A stretch of 51,865 nt of DNA, from NCBI GenBank assembly GCA_040081625.1, contig JBEBGD010000032.1:1-51865 (forward strand). The letters are read 5' to 3'. Both the position numbers and the translations under genes were made by a program. The stretch is from Chthoniobacteraceae bacterium. GTDB taxonomy: Bacteria > Verrucomicrobiota > Verrucomicrobiia > Chthoniobacterales > Chthoniobacteraceae. Positions 20,105 to 30,123 of this stretch are shown piece by piece. The notes under the pieces are model-generated. The model saw only the letters and a list, made by a program, of their open reading frames with translations. It was not told the origin of the DNA and made no database searches. Positions within the stretch are counted from its first letter, which is position 1, and the number at the start of each line of letters is the position of its first letter.

Positions 20105-20618
20105 GGCGATTCAGGTTTTGGGTGACGCACTCGTGCAGCACCGCGCGCACGCGGCTGAGCAATCGATAAAGCGCGCCGACCGTGCGACCGAGGCGCGCGG
20201 CCATGTCTTCGAGCGACAGACCTTCGCGATAGCGCAGATCGAGCGCCTCGCGGTGATCGGCGGGCAGCTTCGCGATGCACTCGTGCAGCACGCGCTCGCG
20301 CTGCTCGAGCCGGTCGGCGCTGCTCTCCGCCTCGTCGGCGACGGCGCGGAGGAAGTCTTCGCTGAAGTCGAGCCGGTCGCGGTGCTTGCGTTTGCGGAAG
20401 GCGAGCACCTGATGAAACGCGACCTTCCGCGCCCACGCGCCGAAGTTCGTCCCCGGCTCGAACTTCCCGAACGCGCGCCACATCACGACCTTCGCCTCCT
20501 GCAGGATGTCGTCGGCATCCTGCGGATGCGGCACCATCGTCATCACGTAGGCGCCGAGCAGCCGCTCGTGGCGGGCGAGCAGGAAAACGAATTCTTCGGC
20601 GCGGTCAGGCGGGGACAT
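20091..20618 (-). CDS. ECF sigma-70 factor, Rhodopirellula/Verrucomicrobium type
   Basis: ADDILQE...W, FEPGTNFGAWA, LHECIAKLP...LRY...LYRLLSRVR; overlaps the anti-sigma start. Confidence 0.92.
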   Translation of the reverse strand: MSPPDRAEEFVFLLARHERLLGAYVMTMVPHPQDADDILQEAKVVMWRAFGKFEPGTNFGAWARKVAFHQVLAFRKRKHRDRLDFSEDFLRAVADEAESSADRLEQRERVLHECIAKLPADHREALDLRYREGLSLEDMAARLGRTVGALYRLLSRVRAVLHECVTQNLNRHEPA

Positions 20619-20782
20619 GGCTTTGCCCGGATAAGTCCGCGCACCCGCGGATTTGGACAGGCGATTTTCCGAACGCTCCGCCTGCCCGCGCCGTGCCGGA
20701 GCCGGCGCGCGGGGCCGTGGACGTATTTCTTGCAAAGAGACCCAGCCGCGGGCGATTGGAACCCAGCGACCCTTTTACGCCC

Positions 20783-22054
20783 ATGAATCGACGCAGCTTC
20801 ATACTCCGAACCGTTGGCACCGCGCTCGCGCTGCCGAAACTTCCGTCGCTGATGGCTGCGGCGGTGGAGGGGAATCCCGCCATTCAGGCGGTGAAGGGAG
20901 CGGGAATGGGAGCGCGGCGCTTTGTCGCGATTGGAAATCTGCTCGGGTTCCAGACGAAGCAGTTTTTCCCGAGCACGGCGGGGCGGGAATACGAGAAGAC
21001 GACCCTGCTCGATCCGATCTGGGATCATCGCAGTCAGGTGACGGTTTATCGCGGGCTGGATCACGGCGTGAAGGGCGGGCACTTCGCGGTGCATTCGTTT
21101 CTCTCCGGCGTGCTGAATTCCGAGGCGCAAAACCGCCCGGATGGCAACGTGACCATCGATCAGTATCTCGCCGACGAAGTGGGCCACCAGACGCGGTTTC
21201 CCTCACTCACGGTCGGCTCGGAGGGCGGCATCCACGGCGGCTGCCAGATCGCGTGGACGAAGTCGGGCGTGCGCGTGCCGCCGATCACGAATCCGGCGGA
21301 GTTGTTTGAGAAACTTTTCGTCGGCGACTCGAAGGATCGGCAGGTGCGCCGCAAGCAGGAGAACCATGTGCAGGCCTCGATCCTCGACTCGGTCCGCGAG
21401 GAAGCGAACCGGCTCTCCCGCCATGTGAACCAGGAGGACAAGGACAAGCTCGACGAGTATCTCACCTCCGTGCGCGACGTGGAGAAGCGACTGGAACTCC
21501 GCCGGCGCTGGACCAGCCAGCCGAAGCCGCAGGCACCTTTTGACAAGCCGTCCAATCGCAACGCGGTCGAGGATCTGCCGCTGCTTTACGAGCTGATCGC
21601 GCTCGCCTTGCAGACCGATTCGACGCGCATCGCCACGCTGGAGATCGGCGGCGATTTCATGCCGCAGCATCTCGGGATCACAAAGGATTACCACGGCCTG
21701 TCGCATCACGGGAACGACCCGGAAGCCATCGCCAGCCTGATCGCGCTGGAGAAGTATCAGATCGAGCACTTCGGGAAATTCGTCGCGCGTCTGGCGAAGA
21801 TGAACGACGGCGAGCGCTCGATGCTCGACTCGACCGCCGTGCTGTTCGGCAGCGGGATGGGCGATGGGAATTCGCACAAGAATTCCGACCTGCCGATCAT
21901 CCTCGCCGGCGGCGGCTACAAGCACGGCGAGTTCCGGCAAGTGCCGCGCGAGGGCATCAACAAGGTCCCGCTGTGCAATCTCTTCGTGGACATCGCGCAG
22001 AAGATGGGCGTCGAGATCGACGCGTTCGGCAGCAGCACGGGCCGCTTCGCCTGA
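20783..22054 (+). CDS. DUF1552-family protein (Tat signal)
   Basis: MNRRSFIL, TIDQYLA, DKDKLDEYLTSVRDVEKRL, ALQTDSTRIAT, YHGLSHH, LPIILAGG. Confidence 0.88.
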   Translation: MNRRSFILRTVGTALALPKLPSLMAAAVEGNPAIQAVKGAGMGARRFVAIGNLLGFQTKQFFPSTAGREYEKTTLLDPIWDHRSQVTVYRGLDHGVKGGHFAVHSFLSGVLNSEAQNRPDGNVTIDQYLADEVGHQTRFPSLTVGSEGGIHGGCQIAWTKSGVRVPPITNPAELFEKLFVGDSKDRQVRRKQENHVQASILDSVREEANRLSRHVNQEDKDKLDEYLTSVRDVEKRLELRRRWTSQPKPQAPFDKPSNRNAVEDLPLLYELIALALQTDSTRIATLEIGGDFMPQHLGITKDYHGLSHHGNDPEAIASLIALEKYQIEHFGKFVARLAKMNDGERSMLDSTAVLFGSGMGDGNSHKNSDLPIILAGGGYKHGEFRQVPREGINKVPLCNLFVDIAQKMGVEIDAFGSSTGRFA

Positions 22055-24543
22055 TGCGGAGGGTGCTCAAGGTCTGCCTCGCCGCCGCGCTGGCGGCGAT
22101 GCCGTTGCGGGCGGAGAAAAGCGCGCCGGCGGCGAAAGTCGTCGGGCAGTTTCTCGAGACCTACTGCCTCGATTGCCACGACTCGACGACGCAGAAAGGC
22201 GACCGTGATTTCGAAAAGTTCGCGCTGCCGCTGAAGTCGGTCGCGGGGTTGATCGAGGCGAAAGACATCATCGATCAGATCACGCTGAAGGAGATGCCGC
22301 CGAAGAAGGCGGACCAGCCGTCCGACGGGGAGCGGATCGCCGTGTTGCGCGCGCTGCGCGAGGGTGTGGTGGCGGCTCGCGGCAAACTCGAAAGCTCGGG
22401 TTCGCGCACGGTGATGCGCCGCCTTTCCAGCCGCGAGTATGAGAACACGCTCGCCACGCTCTTCGGCCGGCGCGTGGACACGCTCGGGCTCACCGCGGAT
22501 TTTCCGAAGGAGAAAACCAGCCAGCACATCGACACCATCGGCCAGTCGCTCGTGACCTCCGGCTTCCTCGTCGATCAATACTTCCAAGCCGCCAATCGGC
22601 TGGTGGAAGCGCGGCTCGGCAAGCCCGCGATGGAGCCGAAGGACTGGCGCTTCAACGGCCACTTCCTGCAATACGAGGAGCTGAGCGGCTCGCACAAATC
22701 CGCCTTCAACTACCGCTACCTCTGCCTCTACGAGCAGCCGAATACCGACACGCGCCAGGGCGGCTACGGTCACATCGAGGACTTCAAGGAAGGCGTGCCC
22801 GTCTCCGGTCTCTACGACATCGAGGTCGAGGCCGCGGCGCTGCATCGCGATACGCATTACGATCCCGAAATCTTCGGCATCGATTTCTCCGAACCCTTCA
22901 TCCTCGGCGTCGTGCCCGGCGATGTGACCAAGGGCCACATCCACTATCCGCAGGCCATCGAACCGCTGCTCGCCAGCGCCGTGGTGCCGGACAACGAGCC
23001 GACGTGGTTCAAGTTCCGCGTGTGGCTCGAAGCCGGGCAGACGCCGCGCTTCATCTTCCCGAACGGTCCGTATGAATCCCGCGCGTCGGTCGTCACGATC
23101 AACAAGCGCTACAAGGACGAGTTCAAGGGAGACACCGGCCGCTCCGGCGTTGGTCGCGCGCACATTTTGTTGCAGGGCAAGCTCCCGCACATCCGCATCA
23201 GCGAGATCAAGATTCACGGCCCCGTGCGCGAGGAAGGTGGCGGTGCGGAGGAACTCGCCGTGTTTGGCAAAGGCGGCTTCCATGCGGATCGCGCGCTGGA
23301 TCAGCTCAACGCCTTTGCGGAGAAAGCCTATCGCCGTCCGCTCACCGACGCGGATCGCCAACCCATCCGCGCGCTTTACGAAAAGCGGCTCGCGGAAAAA
23401 GCCACGCCGCGCCAGTCCGCGCTCGATGCAGTGAAGCTCATCCTTTGCTCGCCCTCCTTCCTCTACCTGAGCGAGATCACCGACGAATCCGCGAAGCCGC
23501 TTCAGCCCTACGACCTCGCCTCGCGCCTCTCCTTTGCCCTGTGGTCCGCGCCGCCGGACGCAGCGCTGCTCGCCGCGGCAAAATCCGGCCAACTCGCGCA
23601 GGACGCCCAGCTGAAGAAGCAGATCCAGCGCATGCTCGCCGACGAGCGCGTCATTGCCTTCGTGAACGGCTTCATCGATAGCTGGCTGAACTTCCGCGAC
23701 CTCGGCGGAATGCCGCCGCCGCGCGAAACGAATCGCGCCTACTACGCCGAGGACCTGCCCTCCGCGATGAAGACGGAAGTGCGCATCTTCTTCCGCGACC
23801 TGCTCGAAACAAACGGCTCCGCAGCGCGCTTCCTCGATGCCGATTACACGTTCGCGGACAAGAAACTCGCCAAGCTCTACGAGCTGCCCGAGGCGAAAAC
23901 ACTGCGCCTCGCCGATGGCTTCAAGAAGGTGAGCCTCGACGGCAACCGACGCCGCGGCGGCCTGCTCGGCATGGCCGGCGTGCTCACCGTGAGCGCGAAC
24001 GGCGTCGAGACCACGCCCGTCACGCGCGGCGTGTGGGTCAGCGAAAACATCCTCGGCATCCACCCGCCGCCGCCGCCGGATGAAGTGCCCGCGATCGAGC
24101 CCGACGTCTCCGGCACCACGACGATCCGCGAACGCCTCGCCAAACACAGCACGGACAAGACGTGCGCCGAGTGCCATCACAAGATCGACCCGCTCGGCTT
24201 CAGCCTCGAGAGCTTCGATCCCATCGGCCGCTGGCGCGCCACTTATCCCAGGCCGAAGAAAAAAGACGCCCCCGCGCCGAAGATCGACACCTCCGGCGAG
24301 TTCCCCTCCGGCGAGACCTACGAAGACTTCGCGGGCTTTAAGAAAATCATCCACGACACGCGCGCCGACCTCTTCATCCGCCACCTCATCCGCCAGACCC
24401 TCAGCTACACCACCGGCCGCGTGATGGAACCCGCAGACGACTTCGTGATCGAAGACATTCACGAGAAGGCGAAGAAAAACGGGCTCGGCCTCCGTGCCCT
24501 GCTCGTGGACTGTCTCACGAGCGAGATCTTCCGCTCGCGGTAA
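22054..24543 (+). CDS. DUF1587/1595/1592/1588/1585 planctomycete-type cytochrome c domain protein
   Basis: CLDCH and CAECH; MRRLSSREYENT, LASRLSFALWSAPPD, TPVTRGVWV, IDPLGFSLESFDPIGRWR. Confidence 0.9.
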   Translation: MRRVLKVCLAAALAAMPLRAEKSAPAAKVVGQFLETYCLDCHDSTTQKGDRDFEKFALPLKSVAGLIEAKDIIDQITLKEMPPKKADQPSDGERIAVLRALREGVVAARGKLESSGSRTVMRRLSSREYENTLATLFGRRVDTLGLTADFPKEKTSQHIDTIGQSLVTSGFLVDQYFQAANRLVEARLGKPAMEPKDWRFNGHFLQYEELSGSHKSAFNYRYLCLYEQPNTDTRQGGYGHIEDFKEGVPVSGLYDIEVEAAALHRDTHYDPEIFGIDFSEPFILGVVPGDVTKGHIHYPQAIEPLLASAVVPDNEPTWFKFRVWLEAGQTPRFIFPNGPYESRASVVTINKRYKDEFKGDTGRSGVGRAHILLQGKLPHIRISEIKIHGPVREEGGGAEELAVFGKGGFHADRALDQLNAFAEKAYRRPLTDADRQPIRALYEKRLAEKATPRQSALDAVKLILCSPSFLYLSEITDESAKPLQPYDLASRLSFALWSAPPDAALLAAAKSGQLAQDAQLKKQIQRMLADERVIAFVNGFIDSWLNFRDLGGMPPPRETNRAYYAEDLPSAMKTEVRIFFRDLLETNGSAARFLDADYTFADKKLAKLYELPEAKTLRLADGFKKVSLDGNRRRGGLLGMAGVLTVSANGVETTPVTRGVWVSENILGIHPPPPPDEVPAIEPDVSGTTTIRERLAKHSTDKTCAECHHKIDPLGFSLESFDPIGRWRATYPRPKKKDAPAPKIDTSGEFPSGETYEDFAGFKKIIHDTRADLFIRHLIRQTLSYTTGRVMEPADDFVIEDIHEKAKKNGLGLRALLVDCLTSEIFRSR

Positions 24544-24603
24544 AAGGACGCGCCGGCTGGAGAGGCGCGCACCTCACCGCTCTTCATTCAACCACACCGC
24601 CCC

Positions 24604-25662
24604 ATGAACCTCCGCTCCGCCCTCCACCTCCTCGCATCGCTATTCCTGGCCACCTCTGCCGCCTTCGCCGGGCTCGCGGATCGCACGCTCGACATTTACT
24701 GGATCGATGTCGAAGGCGGCGGGGCGACGCTCATCGTCACGCCGGCGGGTGAGTCGGTGCTGGTCGATTCGGGTAATCCGTTCGAGCGCGATCCGGGGCG
24801 CATCCACAAGGTCGCGACTGAGGTCGCGGGCTTGAAGAAGATCGACCACCTCGTGACGACGCACTTTCACGCGGACCACTTCGGCGGCGCGGCGGAACTC
24901 TCCGCGCTCATCCCGATCGGGCAGGTGCATGACAACGGCATCCCCGAGACGAACCCCGACAACCGCCCGAACGACACGCGCTGGCCGATCACCATCTCGC
25001 CGTATCGCAACTTCAAGGCCGACGGGCGCAACGTGTTGAAGCCCGGCGGGAAGATTCCCCTTCGCCAAAGCGACGTGCCGCTCGAACTCATCTGCGTCGC
25101 GGCGAAGCAGCAATTCATCGACGCGCCCGCCGACGCGAAGCCGAACCCGCTCAGCGCGAAACACGAGCCCAAGCCGCAGGACATGAGCGACAACGCCAAC
25201 AGCATCGCGCTGCGGCTGAGCTTCGGCGGGTTCCGGTTCTTCGACGGCGGCGATCTGACCTGGAACACCGAGGCCGCGCTCGTCACGCCGGTCAATCGTG
25301 TCGGGCAGGTCGATGTGTATCAGGTCAACCACCACGGCCTCGACACGAGCAACAACCCCGTCTTCGTCCACAGCCTCGCGCCGACGGTCTCGGTGATGAA
25401 CAACGGCCCGAAAAAAGGCACGAGCGCCTCGGCGATGGCCGCGCTGCGCAGTTCGCCCGGCCTTCAGGCGATGTATCAGGTCCACAAGAACGTGCGGCCC
25501 GACGGCGCGGAGAACAACACGACCGACGAACTCATCGCGAACCGCGACGAGCAGTGCGCGGCGCATTACATCAAGCTCACCATCGCGCCGGACGCGAAGA
25601 CTTACACCCTCTCCATCCCCGCCACCGGCCACACGCGGACCTTCCAGACCCGCCCGAGGTGA
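24604..25662 (+). CDS. Secreted MBL-fold hydrolase (ComEC/Rec2-like)
   Basis: DVEGGGATL, THFHADHFGG (HxHxDH), GGDL, NHHG; signal peptide. Confidence 0.88.
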   Translation: MNLRSALHLLASLFLATSAAFAGLADRTLDIYWIDVEGGGATLIVTPAGESVLVDSGNPFERDPGRIHKVATEVAGLKKIDHLVTTHFHADHFGGAAELSALIPIGQVHDNGIPETNPDNRPNDTRWPITISPYRNFKADGRNVLKPGGKIPLRQSDVPLELICVAAKQQFIDAPADAKPNPLSAKHEPKPQDMSDNANSIALRLSFGGFRFFDGGDLTWNTEAALVTPVNRVGQVDVYQVNHHGLDTSNNPVFVHSLAPTVSVMNNGPKKGTSASAMAALRSSPGLQAMYQVHKNVRPDGAENNTTDELIANRDEQCAAHYIKLTIAPDAKTYTLSIPATGHTRTFQTRPR

Positions 25663-25719
25663 CCGAAAATTCTTTGTCCAAGATTCGGCGTTCTGGGGCT
25701 TAGTGAGGTGAAGCTTCAC

Positions 25720-28569
25720 ATGCCGCCCAAAGCCACCCTCCTCCTCGCCACCCTGCTCGCCGTCTCCGCGCGGGCCGACGAAGGCGTCGCCTTTTTCGAG
25801 AAGAAAGTCCGCCCGTTGCTGGCTGAGCGCTGTCTCGACTGCCACAGCGCGGACAAGAAAGTGAAAGGCGGCCTCCGCCTCGACACGCGCGAAGGCTGGG
25901 CTCAGGGCGGCGACTCCGGTCCGGCGATCGTCCCTGGCGAGCCGGACAAGAGCCTGTTCATCACCGCCGTGCGCTACACGGACGTTGACCTCCAGATGCC
26001 CGAGAAGCGCAAGCTGCCCGACGCGGAGATCGCGATCCTCGAGCAGTGGGTGAAGATGGGCGCGCCCGATCCGCGCAGCGGCGGCGAAGTAGCGAAGAAA
26101 CAGACCGGGCTGACGATCGATGAAGGCAAAAAGTTCTGGTCCTACATCCCGCCGAAGAAAGTCGCGCCGCCCGCCGTGAAGGACGCGAAATGGCCGCGCA
26201 CGGACATCGACCGCTTCATCCTCGCGAAGGCCGAAGCCGCCGACGTGAAACCCGCGCCAGACGCATCGCCCGAAGTGCTCGCGCGCCGCCTCTACCTGAA
26301 TCTCATCGGCCTCCCACCGACGCCCGCCGAACTCGACGCGTTCCTCGCGGCGAATAAGTCCCATGGGACACATGAGTCCTATGAGCGCCTGGTGGACACG
26401 CTCCTCGCCAGCCGCCATTTCGGCGAGCGCTGGGGCCGGCACTGGCTCGATGTCGCGCGCTTCGCGGAATCGAGCGGCGGCGGGCGCACGCTGCTCTTCA
26501 AGGACGCGTGGCGCTACCGCGATTACGTCATCGAGGCGATCAACGCCGATGTGCCGTTCGACCGCTTCATCCGCGAGCAAATCGCCGGCGATCTCCTGCC
26601 CGCCGCGACGCCCGCCGACAAGCGCCGCAACCTCACCGCCACCGCCTTCCTCGCGCTCGGCCCGACCAACTACGAGGAGCAATACAAGCAGCAGCTCCGC
26701 TTCGACATCATCGACGAGCAGCTCGACACGCTCGGCCGCACCTTCCTCGGCCAGACGATCGGCTGCGCGCGCTGTCACGATCATAAGTTCGATCCCGTGC
26801 CGCAGCGCGACTACTACGCGATGGCCGGCATCTTCGCTTCGACCAAGACGCTCTTCAATTACACCGACAACGTCGCGCGCTGGATCGTCGCGCCGCTGCC
26901 CGGCGACGGCCCGGATGAAGCCGTGATGCGCGAGCACGAGGCGAAAGTCACCGCGATGCAAGCGGACGTGGAAGGCGCGAAAGCGGAACTCGCGAAGCTC
27001 TCGAAATCGGTCGCCGAGGAGACGCCGAAAGCCGGCCAGCCGATCGCGCCGGGAGAGCTGCCGGGCATCGTGCTCGACGACACGGACGCGCGCGTCGTCG
27101 GCCAGTGGAAGCACTCGAAACACACGCGCAGCTACATCGGCGAAGGCTATCTGACCGACGAGAACAACGGCAAAGGCGAGAAGACGATCACCTTCACCCC
27201 GATGCTGCCGAAGATGGGCCGCTACGACGTGCGCCTCGCCTACACGCACCTCGCCAACCGCGCGAACAACGTGCGCGTGACCATCCTCCACGCCGACGGT
27301 GAGGAGAATATTTTCGTCGATATGACCGAGGCGCCGCCGATCGACGGACGCTTCATCTCGCTCGGCAAATATCGCTTCGAGAAAGACGGAGCGGGCTACG
27401 TGCTCGTGAGCAACGAAGACACGAAAGGCTACGTGACGGTCGATGGTTTGCAGCTTCTGCCGGAAGGGGAGACGACTGTCGCAGACGCGATCGCGGAGAA
27501 GGCGAGCCCCGAGCGCGCCGCGGCGTCGAAGCGCGTGAAGAAGCTCGAGACCGAGCTCAAGAAGCTGGCGAAGGCCGGCCCGGTGCGGCCCGCCGCGATG
27601 TCCGTGCAGGACGACGAGGAGCCCGCCGATACGCAAATCCGGGTGCGCGGCATCGAGAAGCAGCGTGGCGAGACGGTGCCGCGTGGTTTTCTGCAAGTCG
27701 CGCTGAAGACGCAGCCCGAGTTGCCAAAAGATGAAAGCGGCCGTCGCGAATTCGCCGACTGGATCGCAAGCGCCGACAATCCCCTCACCGCGCGCGTCTT
27801 CGTGAATCGCGTGTGGGCGTGGCTCTTCGGCAGCGGGATCGTGCGCACGGTCGATAACCTCGGCACGACCGGCGAGAAGCCGTCGCACCCCGAACTGCTC
27901 GACCACCTCGCGACGCGCTTCGTCGCGGAAGGCTGGAGCCTGAAGAAGCTCGTGCGCGAGATCGTGCTCTCGCGCACGTGGCAGCTCGCCGTCGCGAAAT
28001 CCGCCGCGGCCGATCCCGAGAATCTGCTCTTCGCCCACGCGGACCGCCGCCGCCTCGACGCCGAGCAAATCCGCGACACGATCCTCGGGGTCAGCGGGCA
28101 ACTGAAGCTCGACTACCTCGGCCCGAACATCGACGGCGCGGGCGACATCGACGCGAACAACTTCACCGCGCAGAACATCGAATACGCCTACGTCTATAAG
28201 GACACGCGCCGCAGCGTCTATACGCCAGCCTTCCGCAACAAGCGGCTCGAGCTGTTTGAGGCGTTCGACTTCGCCGACATCAACGCGCCCGTCGGCCAGC
28301 GCGAGACGAGCACCGTCGCCCCGCAAGCGCTCTTCCTTCTCAATCACCCGTTCGTCGTCGAGCAATCGCGCGCCGCCGCCGAGCGCACGCTCGTGCTGCC
28401 CGAGAAAGAGCGCCTCACCGCCGCCTACCGTCACACGCTCGGCCGCGCGCCGACCGCCGCCGAGCGCGAGAAGTGCGTGCGTTTCCTCGGCGCGACGCCG
28501 TCGCTCGAGGACTGGGCGCAGCTTCACCAAACGCTGTTCGCCTGCGTCGATTTCCGCTACATCGAATAA
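25720..28569 (+). CDS. PSCyt1-DUF1549-(golvesin/xanthan-lyase CBM-like insert)-DUF1553 protein
   Basis: FFEKKVRPLL..CLDCH, GERWGRHWLDVAR, CARCHDHKFDP, NPLTARVFVNRVW, TVAPQALFLLN. Alternative GTG start at 25708. Confidence 0.9.
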   Translation: MPPKATLLLATLLAVSARADEGVAFFEKKVRPLLAERCLDCHSADKKVKGGLRLDTREGWAQGGDSGPAIVPGEPDKSLFITAVRYTDVDLQMPEKRKLPDAEIAILEQWVKMGAPDPRSGGEVAKKQTGLTIDEGKKFWSYIPPKKVAPPAVKDAKWPRTDIDRFILAKAEAADVKPAPDASPEVLARRLYLNLIGLPPTPAELDAFLAANKSHGTHESYERLVDTLLASRHFGERWGRHWLDVARFAESSGGGRTLLFKDAWRYRDYVIEAINADVPFDRFIREQIAGDLLPAATPADKRRNLTATAFLALGPTNYEEQYKQQLRFDIIDEQLDTLGRTFLGQTIGCARCHDHKFDPVPQRDYYAMAGIFASTKTLFNYTDNVARWIVAPLPGDGPDEAVMREHEAKVTAMQADVEGAKAELAKLSKSVAEETPKAGQPIAPGELPGIVLDDTDARVVGQWKHSKHTRSYIGEGYLTDENNGKGEKTITFTPMLPKMGRYDVRLAYTHLANRANNVRVTILHADGEENIFVDMTEAPPIDGRFISLGKYRFEKDGAGYVLVSNEDTKGYVTVDGLQLLPEGETTVADAIAEKASPERAAASKRVKKLETELKKLAKAGPVRPAAMSVQDDEEPADTQIRVRGIEKQRGETVPRGFLQVALKTQPELPKDESGRREFADWIASADNPLTARVFVNRVWAWLFGSGIVRTVDNLGTTGEKPSHPELLDHLATRFVAEGWSLKKLVREIVLSRTWQLAVAKSAAADPENLLFAHADRRRLDAEQIRDTILGVSGQLKLDYLGPNIDGAGDIDANNFTAQNIEYAYVYKDTRRSVYTPAFRNKRLELFEAFDFADINAPVGQRETSTVAPQALFLLNHPFVVEQSRAAAERTLVLPEKERLTAAYRHTLGRAPTAAEREKCVRFLGATPSLEDWAQLHQTLFACVDFRYIE

Positions 28570-28583
28570 CTCCCATCCGTCCC

Positions 28584-29993
28584 ATGAGTCCCATTCACAC
28601 CTCCCGCCGCCACGCGCTGCAAACTCTCGGCTGCGGCTTCGGCGCTCTCGCCTTCGCCGACCTCGCCGCACGCGCGTCCGCAAGCCCGCTCGCGCCGCGC
28701 AAGCCGCATCACACGCCGCGCGCCAAGCGCATCATCTTCCTCTTCATGTCCGGCGGCGTGAGCCACGTGGACTCGTTCGACTACAAGCCGCGTCTCGATC
28801 AGGACGACGGCAAGATGGTGGACTTCGGCGACCTGCGCAGCATCGCGAAGACCGGCAAAAGCCCGCAGATGCGCGTAATGAAACCGCTCTGGAACTTCGG
28901 CCAGCACGGGCAGAGCGGCCTGTGGGCGTCGGATCTTTTCCCCGAGATGGCGAAGCATGCCGACGACCTCTGCGTGATCCGCTCGATGCAAACCGAAGGC
29001 ATCGCACACGGCCCGGCGACGCTCTTCCTGCACACGGGCACGACGAATTTCATCCGCCCCTCGATGGGCTCGTGGGTGAATTACGGCCTCGGCTCCGAGA
29101 ACGAGAACCTGCCCGGCTTCATCTCGCTCGCACCTGCGCTCGGCAACGGCGGCCCGCGCAACTACGGCAACGCCTTTCTCCCTGCCGTCTATCAAGGCAC
29201 CGCGATCGGCCGCGCGGGCGTCCCCGCGAAGGAATCGTCGATCCGCAATCTCACGCCGCCGCGCACGCCTGCGGAAGCGAAGCGGCAGTTTGACCTGTTG
29301 CGCGATCTCAACGCCGAGCAACTCGCGCAGAAGCCCGGCGAGAGCGAACTCGAAGCGGTCATCAACAGCTACGAACTCGCGTGGCGCATGCAGGGCGCCG
29401 CGCCGCAGGTGCTCGGCCTCGATGGCGAATCTCCCGAGACGCTCGCGCTCTACGGCATCGGCGAAAAGGAGACCGACAACTTCGGCCGCCAATGCCTCCT
29501 CGCGCGGCGCATGGCCGAGTCCGGCGTGCGGTTCATCCAGGTCAATTACGCGGACAACTCGAACAACCCCGCTTGGGACCAGCACTCGAATCTCAAGAAA
29601 CACGGCGAGCACGCGAAGGCCGTGGACAAGCCGGTCGCCGGCCTGCTCGAAGACCTCAAGCAGCGCGGCTTGCTCGACGACACGATCGTCTGGTGGGGCG
29701 GCGAATTCGGACGCACGCCTTACGCCGAAAAGAACGGCACGGGCCGCGATCACAACCCCGCCGGCTTCTCGATCTGGCTCGCGGGCGGCGGATTTAAGCG
29801 CGGCGTGACCTACGGCGAGACCGACGAGTTCGGTCATCACGCCGTCGTGGACAAAGTTCACATGCACGACCTGCACGCGACGCTGCTGCACGCGCTCGGG
29901 CTCGATCACGAAAAGCTCACCTACCGCTACGCCGGCCGCAATTTCCGCCTCACCGACGTTTACGGCCACGTGGTCTCCGATCTCTTCGCATGA
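28584..29993 (+). CDS. DUF1501-family protein (Tat signal)
   Basis: SRRHALQ, AKRIIFLFMSGGVSHVDSFD, RPSMGSW, WDQH, GEFGRTP, GRDH, HDLHATLLH. Confidence 0.92.
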   Translation: MSPIHTSRRHALQTLGCGFGALAFADLAARASASPLAPRKPHHTPRAKRIIFLFMSGGVSHVDSFDYKPRLDQDDGKMVDFGDLRSIAKTGKSPQMRVMKPLWNFGQHGQSGLWASDLFPEMAKHADDLCVIRSMQTEGIAHGPATLFLHTGTTNFIRPSMGSWVNYGLGSENENLPGFISLAPALGNGGPRNYGNAFLPAVYQGTAIGRAGVPAKESSIRNLTPPRTPAEAKRQFDLLRDLNAEQLAQKPGESELEAVINSYELAWRMQGAAPQVLGLDGESPETLALYGIGEKETDNFGRQCLLARRMAESGVRFIQVNYADNSNNPAWDQHSNLKKHGEHAKAVDKPVAGLLEDLKQRGLLDDTIVWWGGEFGRTPYAEKNGTGRDHNPAGFSIWLAGGGFKRGVTYGETDEFGHHAVVDKVHMHDLHATLLHALGLDHEKLTYRYAGRNFRLTDVYGHVVSDLFA

Positions 29994-30080
29994 CCGTGCC
30001 GGCTAGCGTGCGGCGATAACGGCGACGCTGTCGAAGACCACCGCGACTGCGGCATCAGCCGCGATCGAGCCGCGCCGTTC

Positions 30081-30102
30081 CTCATCTTCCCCTCATGTTT
30101 CG
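30081..30102 (+). promoter_or_regulatory. 11-bp tandem CTCAT repeat, putative response-regulator box
   Basis: CTCATCTTCCC-CTCATGTTTCG about 20 bp upstream of the regulator ATG; the same motif recurs at 32192. Confidence 0.55.
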
Positions 30103-30123
30103 CCGTGATACTCTCCGGCTCAC

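Noticed and set aside
24640..28683. 1347-aa minus-strand ORF (likewise 10528-12996, 21916-24462, 28557-29969, 47296-48567, 48923-50323)
   Set aside because: These are antisense shadows of well-supported genes, expected in high-GC DNA, and carry no recognisable motifs.
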